Notes under the pieces: generated by a model
Told to the model about the DNA's origin: nothing
What the model saw: the letters and a program-made list of their open reading frames with translations, nothing else
Database searches by the model: none
Position numbers and translations under genes: made by a program
Source: Epiperipatus broadwayi
Taxonomy: Eukaryota > Animalia > Onychophora
Length of the DNA stretch: 64,000 bases
Assembly (NCBI GenBank): GCA_028023455.1
Contig: JAQFVV010000002.1
Location: 11,098,001-11,162,000 of the forward strand
Direction: 5' to 3'
Shown here: piece by piece, positions 47,601 through 61,917 of the stretch
Position numbering within the stretch: the first letter of the stretch is position 1
Layout: every line of letters starts with the position of its first letter

Positions 47601-50429
47601 AAATGAATTGAATGTTTATGATGTTAATATTAAATCTTAATATTTTATTTCACTTATATTGAATTTTTGAGAAAAGGATATATTCTGCAATGAAACATAA
47701 TATAATTTCTCTAGTTTGCAGTTAATAATTAGCTACAGGGCAACAAAAATGTCATATCAAGTATAGACAAATCAGTAACTAATATTTAGGTTTAAATTAC
47801 AAATGAGAAAGAAATATGATCTTTTCTTCTGATAATGTGAATAATCTTTACTCAAAATGTTTATGAAATATTGATTATGTTGCTATTAGATGTCAAGTTT
47901 TCAACTGAGTTTCCTTCAGTAATCATAATTTCATTAAGAAAAGTATTTAAGAAGAAATAAATCGTAACTTTATTAATATGGAATTGAATCATAAAATTTT
48001 CAATTTATACAATTAATGAATATTGACAGATCTTGACTTTTATAAAAATTGTAAATCACATTACCATATTTGAAACAGTTTTATAGCAATGTTACATACT
48101 AGTTTGGTGGTCAGATTTCACATACATATTAGTCCAGCAATAACTTTCTAACCTTGTGATTTCATAAAATAATGTCTGCATGGGATCTTCTAACAAACTT
48201 AATCCATCAATTTTGATAAATGACAAGTAATTTTATTTAGTACAAAACTGTGACATAAAACTTTAGTTATCCAAAATAAACAAATATGTATTTACGTTTT
48301 GTATCAAATCAAGTTACTTGCAAAAAGAACTAATCTTATTTTGTACAAAGTAGCAACTTATAATATTATTTACTGGAAATAAACAAACGTGTATTTACTT
48401 TTTTTTTCCAAGGAATGATGTTGCCATAACTTAACTTGTAGCAAAATACATTTATTCCAATAAAAACAACAACAGAAGATTGCTTCCTACAATCACTGAG
48501 GTGGACTGAAGGGTTTTATGTCCTGCAGAGTGCAAATGAATGTGTAGCTATGATTTATATAAAAATGTTCATATTGGGAAGCTTATAAAATTTTGCATTT
48601 TTTTTTTGGGATAACATGTTACTCACGCAAACTTCTTGCAGATAATTATTCCAGGGTATGATGAAAATAGTGGACAACTGTATTGTCCTTGGTAGTGGGC
48701 AGTTGTCAAATTTTAATAATTTTCTTGGATAAAAAAAGTTCAAAAAAATTTACTCGGCAGGAATTAAAGCTAGTCTGTAAGTCATATGTATACTTTTCTT
48801 CCACCAGATGATCAAAGTCATTGCAGCATTTGTCTTGACATCACAGCATATTTTAAATCATAAAATTAGTAGCAAAACCAACATTTAACTAACAACTTTT
48901 TATGTGATCAAAATATAATTTAAAATTAATTCATTTCCTTTTTAGGTGACTTTCATCATCATCAGACTAATATGTAAATACCGTTTTATAAAGCAAATAT
49001 TATTGAAATATATATATATATTTACTAATACTATATAAAATGATAATGCCTTAATGAAAAAAAGAAAAATATTTTTTCAGAATCTGTAAAGTTTAATTAC
49101 TAATCAATTTTATCGTAAATTTTGAAAAAAAGATAATGTAGTTTTCTTATAAAATTATTATTAACAATTTTATTTTAAAATATATTTTTTGTACTTATAA
49201 AATGTTATAATTTAATAAAAACTCATTTCGTAAAACTTTGTCATTGAGAACTCAATGAAAATGCATACAGCTCCACCATGGTTTAAATTTTCAAGTTGAA
49301 AATGAGTTTAATTTTCTCATTTATTTTAAGAGGATGTGTACAACTACATATAGGCCCTATTAAAAAAATATTCACTGCATTACACTGTTCTGTGCAAAAT
49401 TTTATGCAACTTCATTGATTATATAGATTCCAAACAATAGAATGCTGCAGTGCCTGTGTATAAATAAGAGATTTTTAAAAAGTATTTAAATTTTACATGT
49501 AGCTAGAATGTATTGTGCCTGGTATGAAACATTTTATAAGTTTTCACATGCCTTTTATAATGCTTTAGCTTGAAAGAAAACAAAAAATATTAAGAGTTTT
49601 TAAATAAAGAATGTTTAATAGATTAGTTATGTTTTTATTTGATGTGAAATCTAAATATAATAAGGTAGAGAAATTGTACATGCATTAGAAATGTAAAAAC
49701 AATTTTAAAAAAGCATATAAGAAAAAGAGGGTTAATAATTTGTTTTCCTGATTTCAAAAAGATATTTGATAAGTAAAATTATTTATTGTATCACATACTG
49801 AAAAAAAATATATATATATAAATTGAACAAACATTGTTTCTTATTAATTGTTAGGTGCTTTCTTTCTTGAGCTGTAGACGCTATAAAGTTGCTAATTTTG
49901 AACATTATTTTGACACTGTTATCACTTCACCTTTTCTTTGCTATTTTGCGATTATTTATCTATAATATTAGTTACCTAGAAAATATTTTTTTGCATATAA
50001 ATCTGAAAATATCAGTATCATATAGATCTTATACAAATATCATGTAAATTTGAATCTCAAAGCAAGCTGATAATGCCCTGATTGGTCGTATTTTATTACA
50101 AACAGGTGAAACCATCACTGATTGGTAAATTATTTGTCTCCAAGTAATTCAGATCACTCATTATTATTTTAGTAGTTGCAAAAAAAATTGTAATTTTCAG
50201 AAATTTATTTACACATTTAGGCATATTTTTACAATATATTTGTAAAATATTTATTTTGAGGCAAAAATCTATGTGATTATAATTAGATTTTATTTGAAAA
50301 TATTTGTTTTTAAGAAGACAAGTTGTAAAAACATAGTTAACTTATCAGTCACTGCAAATACAGTGTATACAGCAGGTAATAGACACAGTTGAAATGAAGA
50401 ATAAAGTAGAAAGTCCATCTTAAAAGGGA

Positions 50430-51662
50430 TGGTGCAGCAACATCTACTAATGGAGGTATTAAGGCAGTGTTATACAGTTTTTTCTAATAGACCTCGAGCT
50501 ATTGAAGTATATGTCCATTGAATTAAGGTTAAGGAAGAAAATCATTTTCAAAGTCAATCCTACCCCATTCCATTTCAGTATAAAGCTGAGGGGGATAGTC
50601 AGATACGGCAGATGATTGAATGCAGTGTTATTGGTAAGCAAGTCTCTTCATACATTAACCCTTTAGTGATGGTGAAGAAAGACGTGGCTGTTAGAATATG
50701 TTAGTATGCTCGTCGATTGAATGCTATCATGATTTCAGAAAGAAATATTCCTCCTACAATAACCAAACTTCTAGTTAAGCTCCAAGGGAAAACCATTTTT
50801 ACTATGATGGACTTGGATCTCCAGTTATATGTAGATACCTCTCCAGCTATCTGACTGCCAATATACTGGATTTTGGTATAAAGGGTATACATAGTTTTTA
50901 ATCAGATACCTTTGGGGCTGATCAATAGTGGGTCAGGATTTTTGAGGTGTCTGAATCAGATATTGTTTAAAAAGATCAAAAATATTACTGTGATGTACAT
51001 GGATGAGGTGGTTATTGCTTCCAGAAATATAGAAGAACACTTAGAACATTTAAGATGTTTTTAATAGAGTGCCATCAGAAAAATATCACTATTAATTTAT
51101 AGAAGAGTTACTTGGCCATGGATGATGTGGCATTTTTAGGTTTTTTAATCGGAAAAGATGCCATTAAACCCCATCCAGATAAACTCACTGCAATTGAGCA
51201 TTTCCCTACACCTTTCAATGGGCACAGGTATGGTCCTTTTTAGGATTGCAACTTTTATCATTGATTTTATGAAAATTTCACTGTAGATTTGTCAACTTTG
51301 GTCCAGTTATTACGAAGGGATCAGAAATGGAGTTCCAAATAAGAATGAGTTTCAGCGTATCAAGAGGAATTTCCTAGAACAAATAGTTCTGGTTTATCCT
51401 GACTTTTCTCAAACATTCTATATACAAACTGACAGTAGTAGATATGGCTTGGGTGTAATCTTATTTCAAATTAATGAACAGAAATGCCACAAGGTATTGT
51501 ATTTTTGTAGCCAGACACTTAAGAGGGCTGAAAACAATTATACTATTACAGAGAAGGAGACTCAGGCTACTGTATGGACCTTCGGAAAGTTTAAACAATT
51601 TTTGCTGGGGTCAAACGTTATTACCGATCATAAAAGTTTAGAATTTCTGAACAATCTTAAAG
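50430..51662 (+). mobile_element. Decayed Gypsy pol fragment (RT + RNase H)
   Basis: 'PYPIPFQYKAE...SSYINPLVMVKK...RIC*YARRLN', 'YMDE' at 50996-51007 (YxDD analogue), RNase H 'TDSSRYGLGVILFQ...NYTITEKE...TDHKSL' (~51430-51650). Confidence 0.88.
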
Positions 51663-52650
51663 ATCTCTTTCTCTCCTTGGGTCTAGATGATAGCAATAAT
51701 CATCATTATTAACTTTTGATCACCATAAATTAAATTTTCTAGATTGTTGGGGATCTAGTGGTGCTCTCAGTGATCAAAAGAAGATAGAAGTGACTGGTAC
51801 AATATAAATTTGTTTAACTGATCTACATTTGACACTTTGGATGAAATTTTTACAAATATCTAAGATTATATATTAAGTACACATTTTGGTATGGATTAAT
51901 TATAATTAAAACTAGTATAGTGTATACAAAAAACCCTAGTTACAAAGGGAATTAATTAATAAAAAAAATCTCTAATCAATGTAATTTAATAAAGCATTTG
52001 GAATTTGAAATTAACAATAATAATTACATGTTTTTTGAAAACCTATCAATTAATTAATGAAACCTTGATTTAAAATTTTTCTTAATTAAATCTGTATAAT
52101 CAAGCAGAAATTTAAAAAAATGAAATCAGATGTAACCATAAGAAAATAATCTATTTAAAAAATGTATTTATAATTTTGAATTGATGTGAGCCTTTTATAT
52201 TATTTCAGTCACTATTTAATTTTTTTAAACTTACACACACACACTGTTGTATATAAATGTGTACTAAATTCCCATATTTCTCATTTTAACTTATTCTGTG
52301 ATTTTAAGATCCAACAAATGGATTAAAATTAATGATCTCTTTGACTGACCCTGTACAATACTATCTTAGTCTGACTCTGGTCTCCTGTCATTGCCACCAA
52401 TAAAGCAATCATTATGGGTGGAAGGTAAATTTCTTATATAGAACTTGCCATGACAATAGATTACAGATTCTATGGTTTAGTTAAACTTGTTGTGTTATCA
52501 TGTGATTTATATTGATAGACCATCTATACTATTGTCAATTTATGGTTTAATATATATATATATTAATTTTTTAAAGTATAGTCTTATTAATCATTTTTCT
52601 GTTTCTTTAAAATTATTTGATAAATAAATATATTGATGATAGTTTGCTTG

Positions 52651-53062
52651 TTAGGCGCATCTGATAAAGGTTTCAGCCTATCATGTTATTATTATATAAT
52701 CTGCTTGCACTTAATAAATTAATATATTTAAATTTGTTTCTATCAATTCATTGGATTTGAAAATTACTTGTATTAAATCGTAAAATTTCACATTGTTTAT
52801 TTATATATAATATTTAGTGACTTAAATGTGAAGGTGTTTAAATATTCATGCTCTTAGGTCAAAATGCTTGAGTCTGGCTTATTTATATATAAATTTAAGT
52901 AGAGAGGAAGGTGGGACCATCTTTTTCTCATAAAATCTCTGCCTTGTGTTTTGACTTGAGAGTTCCCTGGACAGTCATTATTACATCTGATTGGCTGTCA
53001 TATAAGCATTTTTAAGGCATATCTGACAAAGGTTTCAGCCTTTCATGGTATTATCAGAAAGA
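52651..53062 (-). repeat. Two ~40-bp direct repeats 362 bp apart with a decayed hammerhead-like motif (family F5)
   Basis: GGTTTCAGCC at 52669 and 53031; copy 2 minus strand reads CTGATAA TACCATGAAAGGCT GAAA CCTTTG TC AGATATG. Confidence 0.4.
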
Positions 53063-53692
53063 AAAATTAAAAGATTTTTTTGATATATTGCATGGTGTTG
53101 CTTCTAATATTAATTTTACTATTGAGAGGGATATTTTTTATTTTGTTAAAACTTTAATTTTGAAGTGATTGATAAGATTACTTTGTATTCATTTTAGTAA
53201 ACATAATTTTAAAATATGATTAGTTCTGCCTGTTAACAACCTTTTACTCATAAAACAATTTCTTATTGAATTTTTGTTATAGAAATAAAAGCTTAATAAT
53301 TTTGAAAATAATGCTTATATTCAAAGAAGTAAATTTGCTTTTGATTATAGTGAATTGGGTTTTAATTATGGATTTATTAGGAATATCATATTTAATAAAT
53401 ATATATTTAAACCTGATATTAATAAAAGTTTAAACATTAGCAAGAATAAAGTGTTTATTTCTTTATGATTTATGTCTTCAATTTATAAATTGGTTTTAAG
53501 AATAGTCATTTATTGATTGGTATGAAAGTTGCTTGGAAGAAAGACCTAGCTTTAAATTCATTATTAAATAGTTGATAACTGAGTAGTGATGAAAAATCCT
53601 AGCATAATTTATAAAATTCCTTGCAGTAGTCATAAAATTTATGTAGATCAAAGTAAATTAGGTTTTAATGAAAGATTTGAAATTCATAAGTA

Positions 53693-55784
53693 CAGGAATG
53701 CCTCGATTAGTATGGTTTCAATTAGTACAGTTTCACTATAGTATGGTATTAAAACAATAGAACAATAATCCACTAAAAATTGTATTATTCATCATTTTCA
53801 GCTTTTAAAAAATTATAATCACCCCTTTTATAAACAACTAAACAACCATGAGTGCGAAAAGAAAAAGTTATTCTGGAAATAACACATGTAAGTGATTAAC
53901 ATTATAAAAAAAAACTTGATATAATAAAGCTTCATGAAGAAGGTGCTTCCCTTGCTAAAATAGGCCATGAAAAAGGAATGAACAAATCATCAGTTAGACA
54001 AATTATTAAAAAGAATGATCAATATAAATCACATGGTATAGATACAGCATCTTATTTATCTAAATCAATAACTAAAAACAGAAGCAGTCTAAGGGTAGAT
54101 ATGGAATAGCTGTTATCAATATGGGTTGAAGATTTAAAACAAAAAAAAATTCCTCTAAGTCAAATGAAAATTCAAGCCAACACATTTAGTCTCTACAGAA
54201 ATTTGAAAAAAAAATGAAAAACAGAAAATGAAGAAGTAAGGGAAACTAGTGAAATTTTTACAGCAAGTCGTGGGTGGTTTTTTCATTTTAAAAAGCAAAC
54301 TGGCATTCATAATGTCCACATTGTACATGAAAGTGCAAGTGCAGATAAAGAAGCTGTTTTAAAATATCCTCAGGAATTAAATGAAATTATAGAAAAAGGA
54401 GGTTATAAAGATGAACAAATATTTAATGTTGATGAAACAGGAATGTTTTGGAAAAAATTACCTACACAAACTTATATAACAAATGAAAAGGCACACCCTG
54501 GGTATAAAATTTCAAAAGACCACCTAATACTTTGATTGAGTGGAAATGTAGCAGGAGATTTCAAATTCAAACCAATGCTTGTGTACTGTGTTGAAAATCC
54601 TACATGTCTTAAAGGTTTCTCAAAGAATACTCTCCCCATATTGTTGTGCTCAAATAAAAAAGCATGGGTCACAAAAAATTTATTTGAAGATTGGTTTACC
54701 AACTACTTTTGTCCTACAACATAGCATTATTGCAGAAAAAATTGTTTTGATTTTAAGATTTTATTGATCTTAGATAATGCACCAAGTCATCCAACTGGAC
54801 TTTGTGATTTAAATGAACACATAAAAATAAGTTTTCTTCCAAATATCACTTCATTAATTCAGCCAATGGACCAAAGTATCATTGCATCTTTTAAGGCCTA
54901 TTATTTGTGTAAAACTTTTGCACAAGCCATAAAAGCCACAACAGGGGGAAATGCTTAAACTTTAACTGAATTTTGGAAGATCTACAACATCAGAAATACT
55001 ATTGAAAACATAGGAAAAGCATGGCTTGAAGTTACAGCCAGTAATATGAGGGCAGTATGAAAATATATACCACATTGTGCAAATTATTTCATTGGTTTTG
55101 AAGCCCATTTTGCTGAAGTTACGAGTAGTAGTAGAAATTTGAAAAGAACTTGGTTTTGAAGAATTAGATTCCGCCAATGTGGTTGAGTGTATTGAATCAA
55201 ATACAAAAGACTTGGATAATGAAACTCTTATTAATATAGAAGACTAACAAGCCTATGAAGAATATGAGACTAACATAGATAATAAAGAGCTACATGAAGT
55301 TCCTACAAAAAAAAATAACAGCTGAAGAACTTGAGAAAATTACTAACATGGTTGAAACTCTATATTATGAAAGTTGATTCAAATATTGAACTTAGCTTTA
55401 CAATTCGCTGAACTACAATTGGATGCTACAAAGAATGTATGAAAAGAAGAGGACAAAGAAGAAACCAGTGCAGACGAGACATCAATATTGCAATTTTTTG
55501 ATATAAAATCTTTAAAAAAAATCCACAGTACATTTTTTATTGTTCAATTATACATTAATAAAAGCTTATAAATTTATGTCGTTTTATTATCTATTCATAT
55601 CATTTTATTATTTATTTCAAACATGGAAATCATCCTTAATATATCGTAATTGAAAAAGTGCTGACAAAAAAATTTATTGGAACCAATTACCATTTTTCCT
55701 ATAGCTTTCGTTCTGCGATTAGTACGATTTCAAACTGCGGGATATTGCCAGAACCCATTAACAACTCTAATCAAGGCATTCCTG
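53693..55784 (+). mobile_element. Tigger/pogo (Tc1-mariner superfamily) DNA transposon, complete ends, disrupted transposase
   Basis: 18-bp TIR CAGGAATGCCT(C/T)GATTAG at both ends, TA duplication (53691-92, 55785-86); ATG 53848; psq-HTH, CENP-B HTH 'FTASRGWF', catalytic NVDETG (D 54431), LDNAPSH (D 54773), QPMDQ (D 54869); several stops and frameshifts. Confidence 0.95.
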
Positions 55785-55979
55785 TATAGAGTTAAAAACG
55801 AGTGTTGCAAGTCAACTTTCTATATTCATGAATTGAATACAAGTCATAAAATATTATTTGACAATGCAAAGGTTAACCTCTTAACTCTAAATATATAATA
55901 TGTGTGTTATAATATCTGTCTTAACTCTAAATGTATAATATGTGTGTTACAATAGTAGATTTTTTTTAAAATTAAAACT

Positions 55980-57045
55980 TTGTCGAATTTTATTAACTCC
56001 TTGAAAAAAAAAAAATGGTTAAAAAAATTATATTTTTAATTAACTGGATCAAGCGCCTTTTTCTAAAATAATTGATTATCTTTGCCAGAAAAATTCTAAT
56101 CAAGGTTTAGACATGAAAGATTGAACGTTTTTTTTTTTTTTTTAAGAATAAGGTTTCTTGATATTCTAAATAAAACTTATTTTTTTTAAACATCTAATTA
56201 TTGCAGTTTTATTTTATAATTATTTCGTAAAGTTAATCAAAATAATAATAAATGCTAATTCTAATTATAATAAGAGGAAAGAATGATCAAAGTAAAACAA
56301 TATTTTTACGGTTTTAGATATATATTTATGTTTATGTTTTCTGTCGGTATCAAACAATAGAGCACTGTGATAAACTATAATACTTTTTCATCAGCGGTGA
56401 TAATTAATAATTTCTTTCAATTTTTTAATACTATTTATTTTAGAATTTGAGCTCTTTACATCATTAAGATGTCTGCTACTACATATATAAAGAAAATATA
56501 GAAAAAAATAATAATGTTAAAGTAGGAGCACATCTTTAAACCATATGATAAACACCAAAAAAGTGTATACCATGTAAAATATTTGACGTTATTTGATTTA
56601 TAACAAAATTAATACTTTGCATAAATATTTAAATTACAGAAGGGAACATTTTTGTATGGTTAATTGTAATTAATAACTGTATTGCTTTTATTATTATTAT
56701 TATTATATATTTTTTACTTACTAACACATCTTGATAACTTAGTTTTATTTAAAAAAATTTCAAGCCAAAATACAGAAGCTGTTTTAAAAATAGCCCCTCT
56801 ACTGAGAGCTTAAAAATAAGTCATATTATAAAGCTAATTGCCAGAGAACCCTGGTTGAGCTTGCTTGCCAGTTTAATCGGCTGTTTGACTAATAAATGAA
56901 TTTAAACTACGGATTGTTTACTTTTTAAAAAAGTATACAACTTATTTATTTGTCAGGTTGATTTTTTTCCCCTGCAGGTGTGCCATTACTTTTATAACTT
57001 GACAGATCATTTTGACAAAAGGATTAAAACGCGTGATTGCATATT
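55980..57045. promoter_or_regulatory. CpG-retaining patch with a strong + strand splice acceptor at 56977
   Basis: About 12 CpG by eye in ~1.05 kb; TTTTTTTCCCCTGCAG|G at 56962-56978. Confidence 0.3.
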
Positions 57046-59307
57046 ATTTATAATAATTTTTCCAATTTGGATATTAAAATTTAGAAAGTATATCTTACTG
57101 CATTTTTAACATGCCTGGGGCTAGAGGTAATCTTTTAATGTGACTTATCATTATGATTATTCTATTTTTAATCTTAATCTGTTTTAATTTTCAAATTTTA
57201 ACTTTACACCAATTATAAATTATTATTGGTAAAATACTTTTATAAATAATCTTGATTTTTAATATTCACTTTTTAAAAAAATAAATATTGCTTATACTAA
57301 TACTATTAATGTATTTTTAGAGAGTAGAAGTTAAAATATTAATATTATGTAGACTTAAAATAACAACACAATATAACTGACTTCTTTTTTCAAAGTCTTT
57401 AATCAATGAAAGCGTCAGCATTCATACAATAGTACTTAGAAAGATTTCTAGATTCTTCAACTTTTTTTGGAATACTGTATATTCTTGACTTAGTAGAATT
57501 TTTATTTATATATATTTTTCTATTATAGACATTTTATGTACGATCATCCACAAACACATATACATGTTTTCAAGCATAAATGTAAGTAATATGTAATAAG
57601 AAAATCATGATGTAGTTATAAAGCACCTGCATGTCATACTTATCATCTCGATTCGAATCCTATCCAAGCATAACTTTGGAAAATGTTTTCAAGTTCCAAT
57701 TGAGGTTAGAGTTGTTCTTTCTGATAGTTACTCAAAGATAACTTCAGATAAGTGTTTAATATTGGTTGGAGTACGACTACCCAACTATTCTCAGCCAAAA
57801 GGTAAAACAAATATGAAAAGCTCCTCATAACCTCATTATCTCAATTTGTTAAAGGCTGATTTCTCTTTCATTCTATGTTTTCTATTAAAGTAGCGTTTAT
57901 ATTATAATAATTTATTTAAAATCTATTTTATTTTTGTTTATATATATATATGTGTGTGTGTGCAATTAAAAGTTAATTTTGTATAGGTACATAAATGATA
58001 AGAATGCTATTTTCTAGATATATAGGCATTATGTAGTTGATGCATTTGTTAGTTGCCCACCTGATTGAAGTAAAGATGCATATGATTTATTAAATAAACT
58101 TAAATAAACTATTTTGAAGACAAAATTTTTAATTCTATAAAATTTCTGGATTTAGAAATTATGATATAATAAAACTGATCACATTTTAGGCAGTAAGATA
58201 ATAATAAAGCCAATAAACGTTATAGATTATATGCATTTTAGTTTAAAGTTAGTGTAAACATCAACAGAATAAAAATGGTAATATTAAAATATATGATGAA
58301 GAATTCATACAAATTGATTACAATAGATAAATATTAGAGAAATAAATAAAATGATTTAATAACAATGCTAAATGAAATATTAAATCTAATACTATATACT
58401 TACCTATGCCTTATATTAATTTAGCATAATTTATTAAGCTACTTGCCACAATAACTATAATTTTGGTTTTTAGTCTCTCATTACTTACTGTAGTCAATCT
58501 TATGCAAAACCTAATGTTGTATATCACCGGAAAAGTAGAAATGCTGGTTTCTATTCAATATATTATGTTAAAAATAGACTAAATATAATACAAGAACAAA
58601 ACAACATAGCCACCAATATAATTATTTAAAAACAAATCCTAATTGCCCTTTGATTTTTTTTAAAATCATGAAACAGAAATGTAACACATATTTAAATCAG
58701 GCATTGGAGTGTGAAGAAAGAGGCCATAAAATAAAAAGTAAAAGAAGCATCTTCTATCAACAAATGTTCCAATGATATTCAGTTTGAGAAAAATTAGAAT
58801 CTTAATTAATAATACGTATTTCTTTTATTTAATATTATTTTAATACTAACAATGAATATAGTATAAAAGTACTGAAAACTATCTAGGCAACTTTTAAAAA
58901 ATTTGAAAGTAAATCTTACTTCATGATAAATGTTTCTCAAGTTTATTCATATATACAGTGGGGCCATGAACTACGCTATAGTTTGTTCCAAGTTCCCCCT
59001 GCATACAACAAAAATAGCATATATTAGCTAACCTTTTGTTGATAAATAGTGATTAGAATAGAATGCATATTATTTACTGCATTGTAAGTGCACAATATAG
59101 TATATTTTAACATGCACACACATATAAAACAGATGTTCTGCCTTATAATGTGCATATACAAATTAAAATTACAGACAAAAATATATATATAGAAATGTAG
59201 TTATTGGTAATAAATTGAGAAAGCACATTTTCATATATATTTACAGAACTGTATGTGTTCAATAAATTCATTAAAAAATAATATTGTAATAAAATTTACT
59301 TCTTTAC

Positions 59308-59877
59308 TATTAAACATATATAACGAGTTATTTATTTATATAGTGCTATGTTTTTAATCTATAAAAATAATTAGGAATCACTACATTATACATGTACTGG
59401 ATAAATTTAAACATTTAATGAATATCTATCCTTACCAAACACAAGATAAAGTCTTTTGAAAAGATAGAATGAATCTCTCTATCTTTTTAACCTAAACGTG
59501 TATGTATATATATATATGCAAATCTTAAGCATTTGGAAATGAGAGTGTGAAGATATTAAATAATCACTTTCAATTCCTTTTGCTATGTTTGAATGAATGA
59601 CCTTGCGGTTTACAATTTAAGATATGTCATTATTAAATGAAATATTAAACATATATAACGAGTTATTTATTTATATAGCACTATGCTTTTAATCTGTAAT
59701 AAAAAGGAATTGAAAGTGATTATTTAATATCTTCACACTCTCATTTCTAAATGCTTAAGATTTTTCTATACATATACATTTAGGTTAAAAGGATAGAAGG
59801 ATTCATTCTATCTTTTCAAAAGACTTTGTTTTGTATTTGGAAATGAGATTATTCATTAAATGTTTAAATTTATCCAG
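59308..59877. mobile_element. Family F4b: diverged relative of F4a, 335-bp tandem plus inverted copy
   Basis: TATTAAACATATATAACGAG at 59308 and 59643; 59397-59581 inverted at 59701-59877; colinear similarity to the F4a unit (e.g. TGTYTGAATGAATGAC; GCAAATCT.AAG). Confidence 0.75.
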
Positions 59878-61422
59878 CCCTAATTTTTTTATTATTATTA
59901 ATTTTATAAAGTGAACAACAGAAGTATTGGATTAATAATATTTTGAAGCCATTGATTAAAAGATCTTGAAATTTCTGAAGCACGCATGATTATAGAATGA
60001 GAAGTTGGCGGAGCATTATTTCATTTTGACATTAAAAAAAAAAAACGTGTTTGGAAGTTTTTTTTTCATTTTTAAGTCATCAAACCCATCTTGCAATGAT
60101 TGTAATATTTCAGTGAATTTCTATTTAAGAATAATATTTCATCACATCATGAAATCATTTGCCATAATTGTATTTTTAGAGTTTATATAGAAATCCTTTG
60201 CTAACAGTGAATTGTTAATTTGGAATTTATCATTAACAGTGAATTGTTTGGCTTTATGTATTTCAGATTCTTGGCTAAATATTTGGTAAAGATTTATGAT
60301 TCATATTGTTTAGTCATAGATTTAAGATTTTAACAGCTTTGACCAAAAAAATGTTCCTTAATTTGCTTTTATAATTTTTGCTGTTTTAGGAGCACAAATC
60401 TGCCTCTCCTCTTTATTATTTCTCTAATAGATTACTTATTTTTTTGATACATACAGCCCACTCCTGAATAAGACTTCTTTTTTTTATTTATTAAATAATT
60501 ATTTATTTTCCCATTTAATGAAAGTACTTTATGATGTTTTTTTTTTTTAAGTATCACTCATGACTCTTAACAAATACAGTATTTTATTAAAGATATATTA
60601 TACAAAATAAAACTTTTTGAAGTGAAAAAAAATGTAAAATAAAAATCAATGTATGTGCTTTTAATAATGCTGATGAACTGAACAGGTACATTATATAAAT
60701 CATGAACAAAATATGATCATATAAATTCATGTTTGAGAATGTGATATTTATCAAGGTAAAAAAATGGCTATCATTTTAACAACATTCATAAAATGTAATG
60801 TTTTTCACTGTTTTTATTATTTATTTGTTTACATTTTTTTGTGTTCATTTACATTTATTTTGGGATATCATATAACTGAAGTTGTGTAACTAGATATCAC
60901 ATAGCTCACAGCTCCACTGTACATATAAAAGTATTGATGTCTTAAATGTAGGATGACTTAAGAAATATAAATACTTTGTGCACATTATAGAAAATCTTAT
61001 GATATTATATACATTACCACACTAATAGAAAAATCAATCAATTTAATTCATTATGTATTTTTAGCTTCCCCTTCTTCAATTTTTTCTAGAAACATTTAAT
61101 TCTCATCAACATAACAATGCTATTCATATCTAAATACCATTTTATGTACAATTTGATAATAAAGTTTAAGAATAATATTTCTGTGTTGAAAAAAAATAGT
61201 CATTTTTAGAGCTTATGACAAAAGTAATGACAGAAATACTGTCTTGCAGAGATAGACTGACTTTTTATTAATATGATAAACTATATAGATTACAAAACCT
61301 ACAATTGCATATGTGTTTATAAGCTTGGACTATTATCATATATATATATATATATATAATACAATAAATGACCATGTGAATATATATATATAACATTTAA
61401 TACAATTATTTAAATATTGTGG

Positions 61423-61917
61423 AGAAGGTAATTAACCTCTGATCATGCACTGTTTCATAACTTTTGTAAATATCCATGCACCACTCAATAGTAAGAGTTT
61501 CAAAAGTTTAAGTGAATCACTTAACCTTAGCAGCACATGATTGGAGGTTAAGTTTTTTCTATATAATTTCAGTGCTTAATAATAGTAGATTTAAATGTAT
61601 TCATAATTAATAGACATCTAATTGCAGGTGATTAAAAATGTCTTTCTTCTGTGATGGGTTAACTAAATTTGTACAATTCAATTGTTGATTACAACATCCT
61701 ATACACAATAGATTCAGGCCTTGATATAAGCACGGTCAATAAGGGTTGAAGTACATATGAATATTCTCTAAGCTTAAGTGATTCACTTGCACTTTTAAAA
61801 CTTTTACTGATGTGTAAGAGTGCAGAGATTTATAATAGTTATGAAACAGTGCATGAATTGGAGATTAATTTCCTTCTACTCAATGTCATATTTTCAGCAC
61901 TTAATAATAGTAAATTT
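61423..61917. repeat. Old inverted + direct repeat composite (family F6)
   Basis: 61423-61529 imperfectly inverted at 61769-61877; TTTCAG(TG/CA)CTTAATAATAGTA at 61568 and 61893 (period ~325). Confidence 0.65.

Noticed and set aside
48555-48743. Small ORF with splice-like signals on both strands
   Set aside because: No recognisable protein; conflicting strand interpretations.
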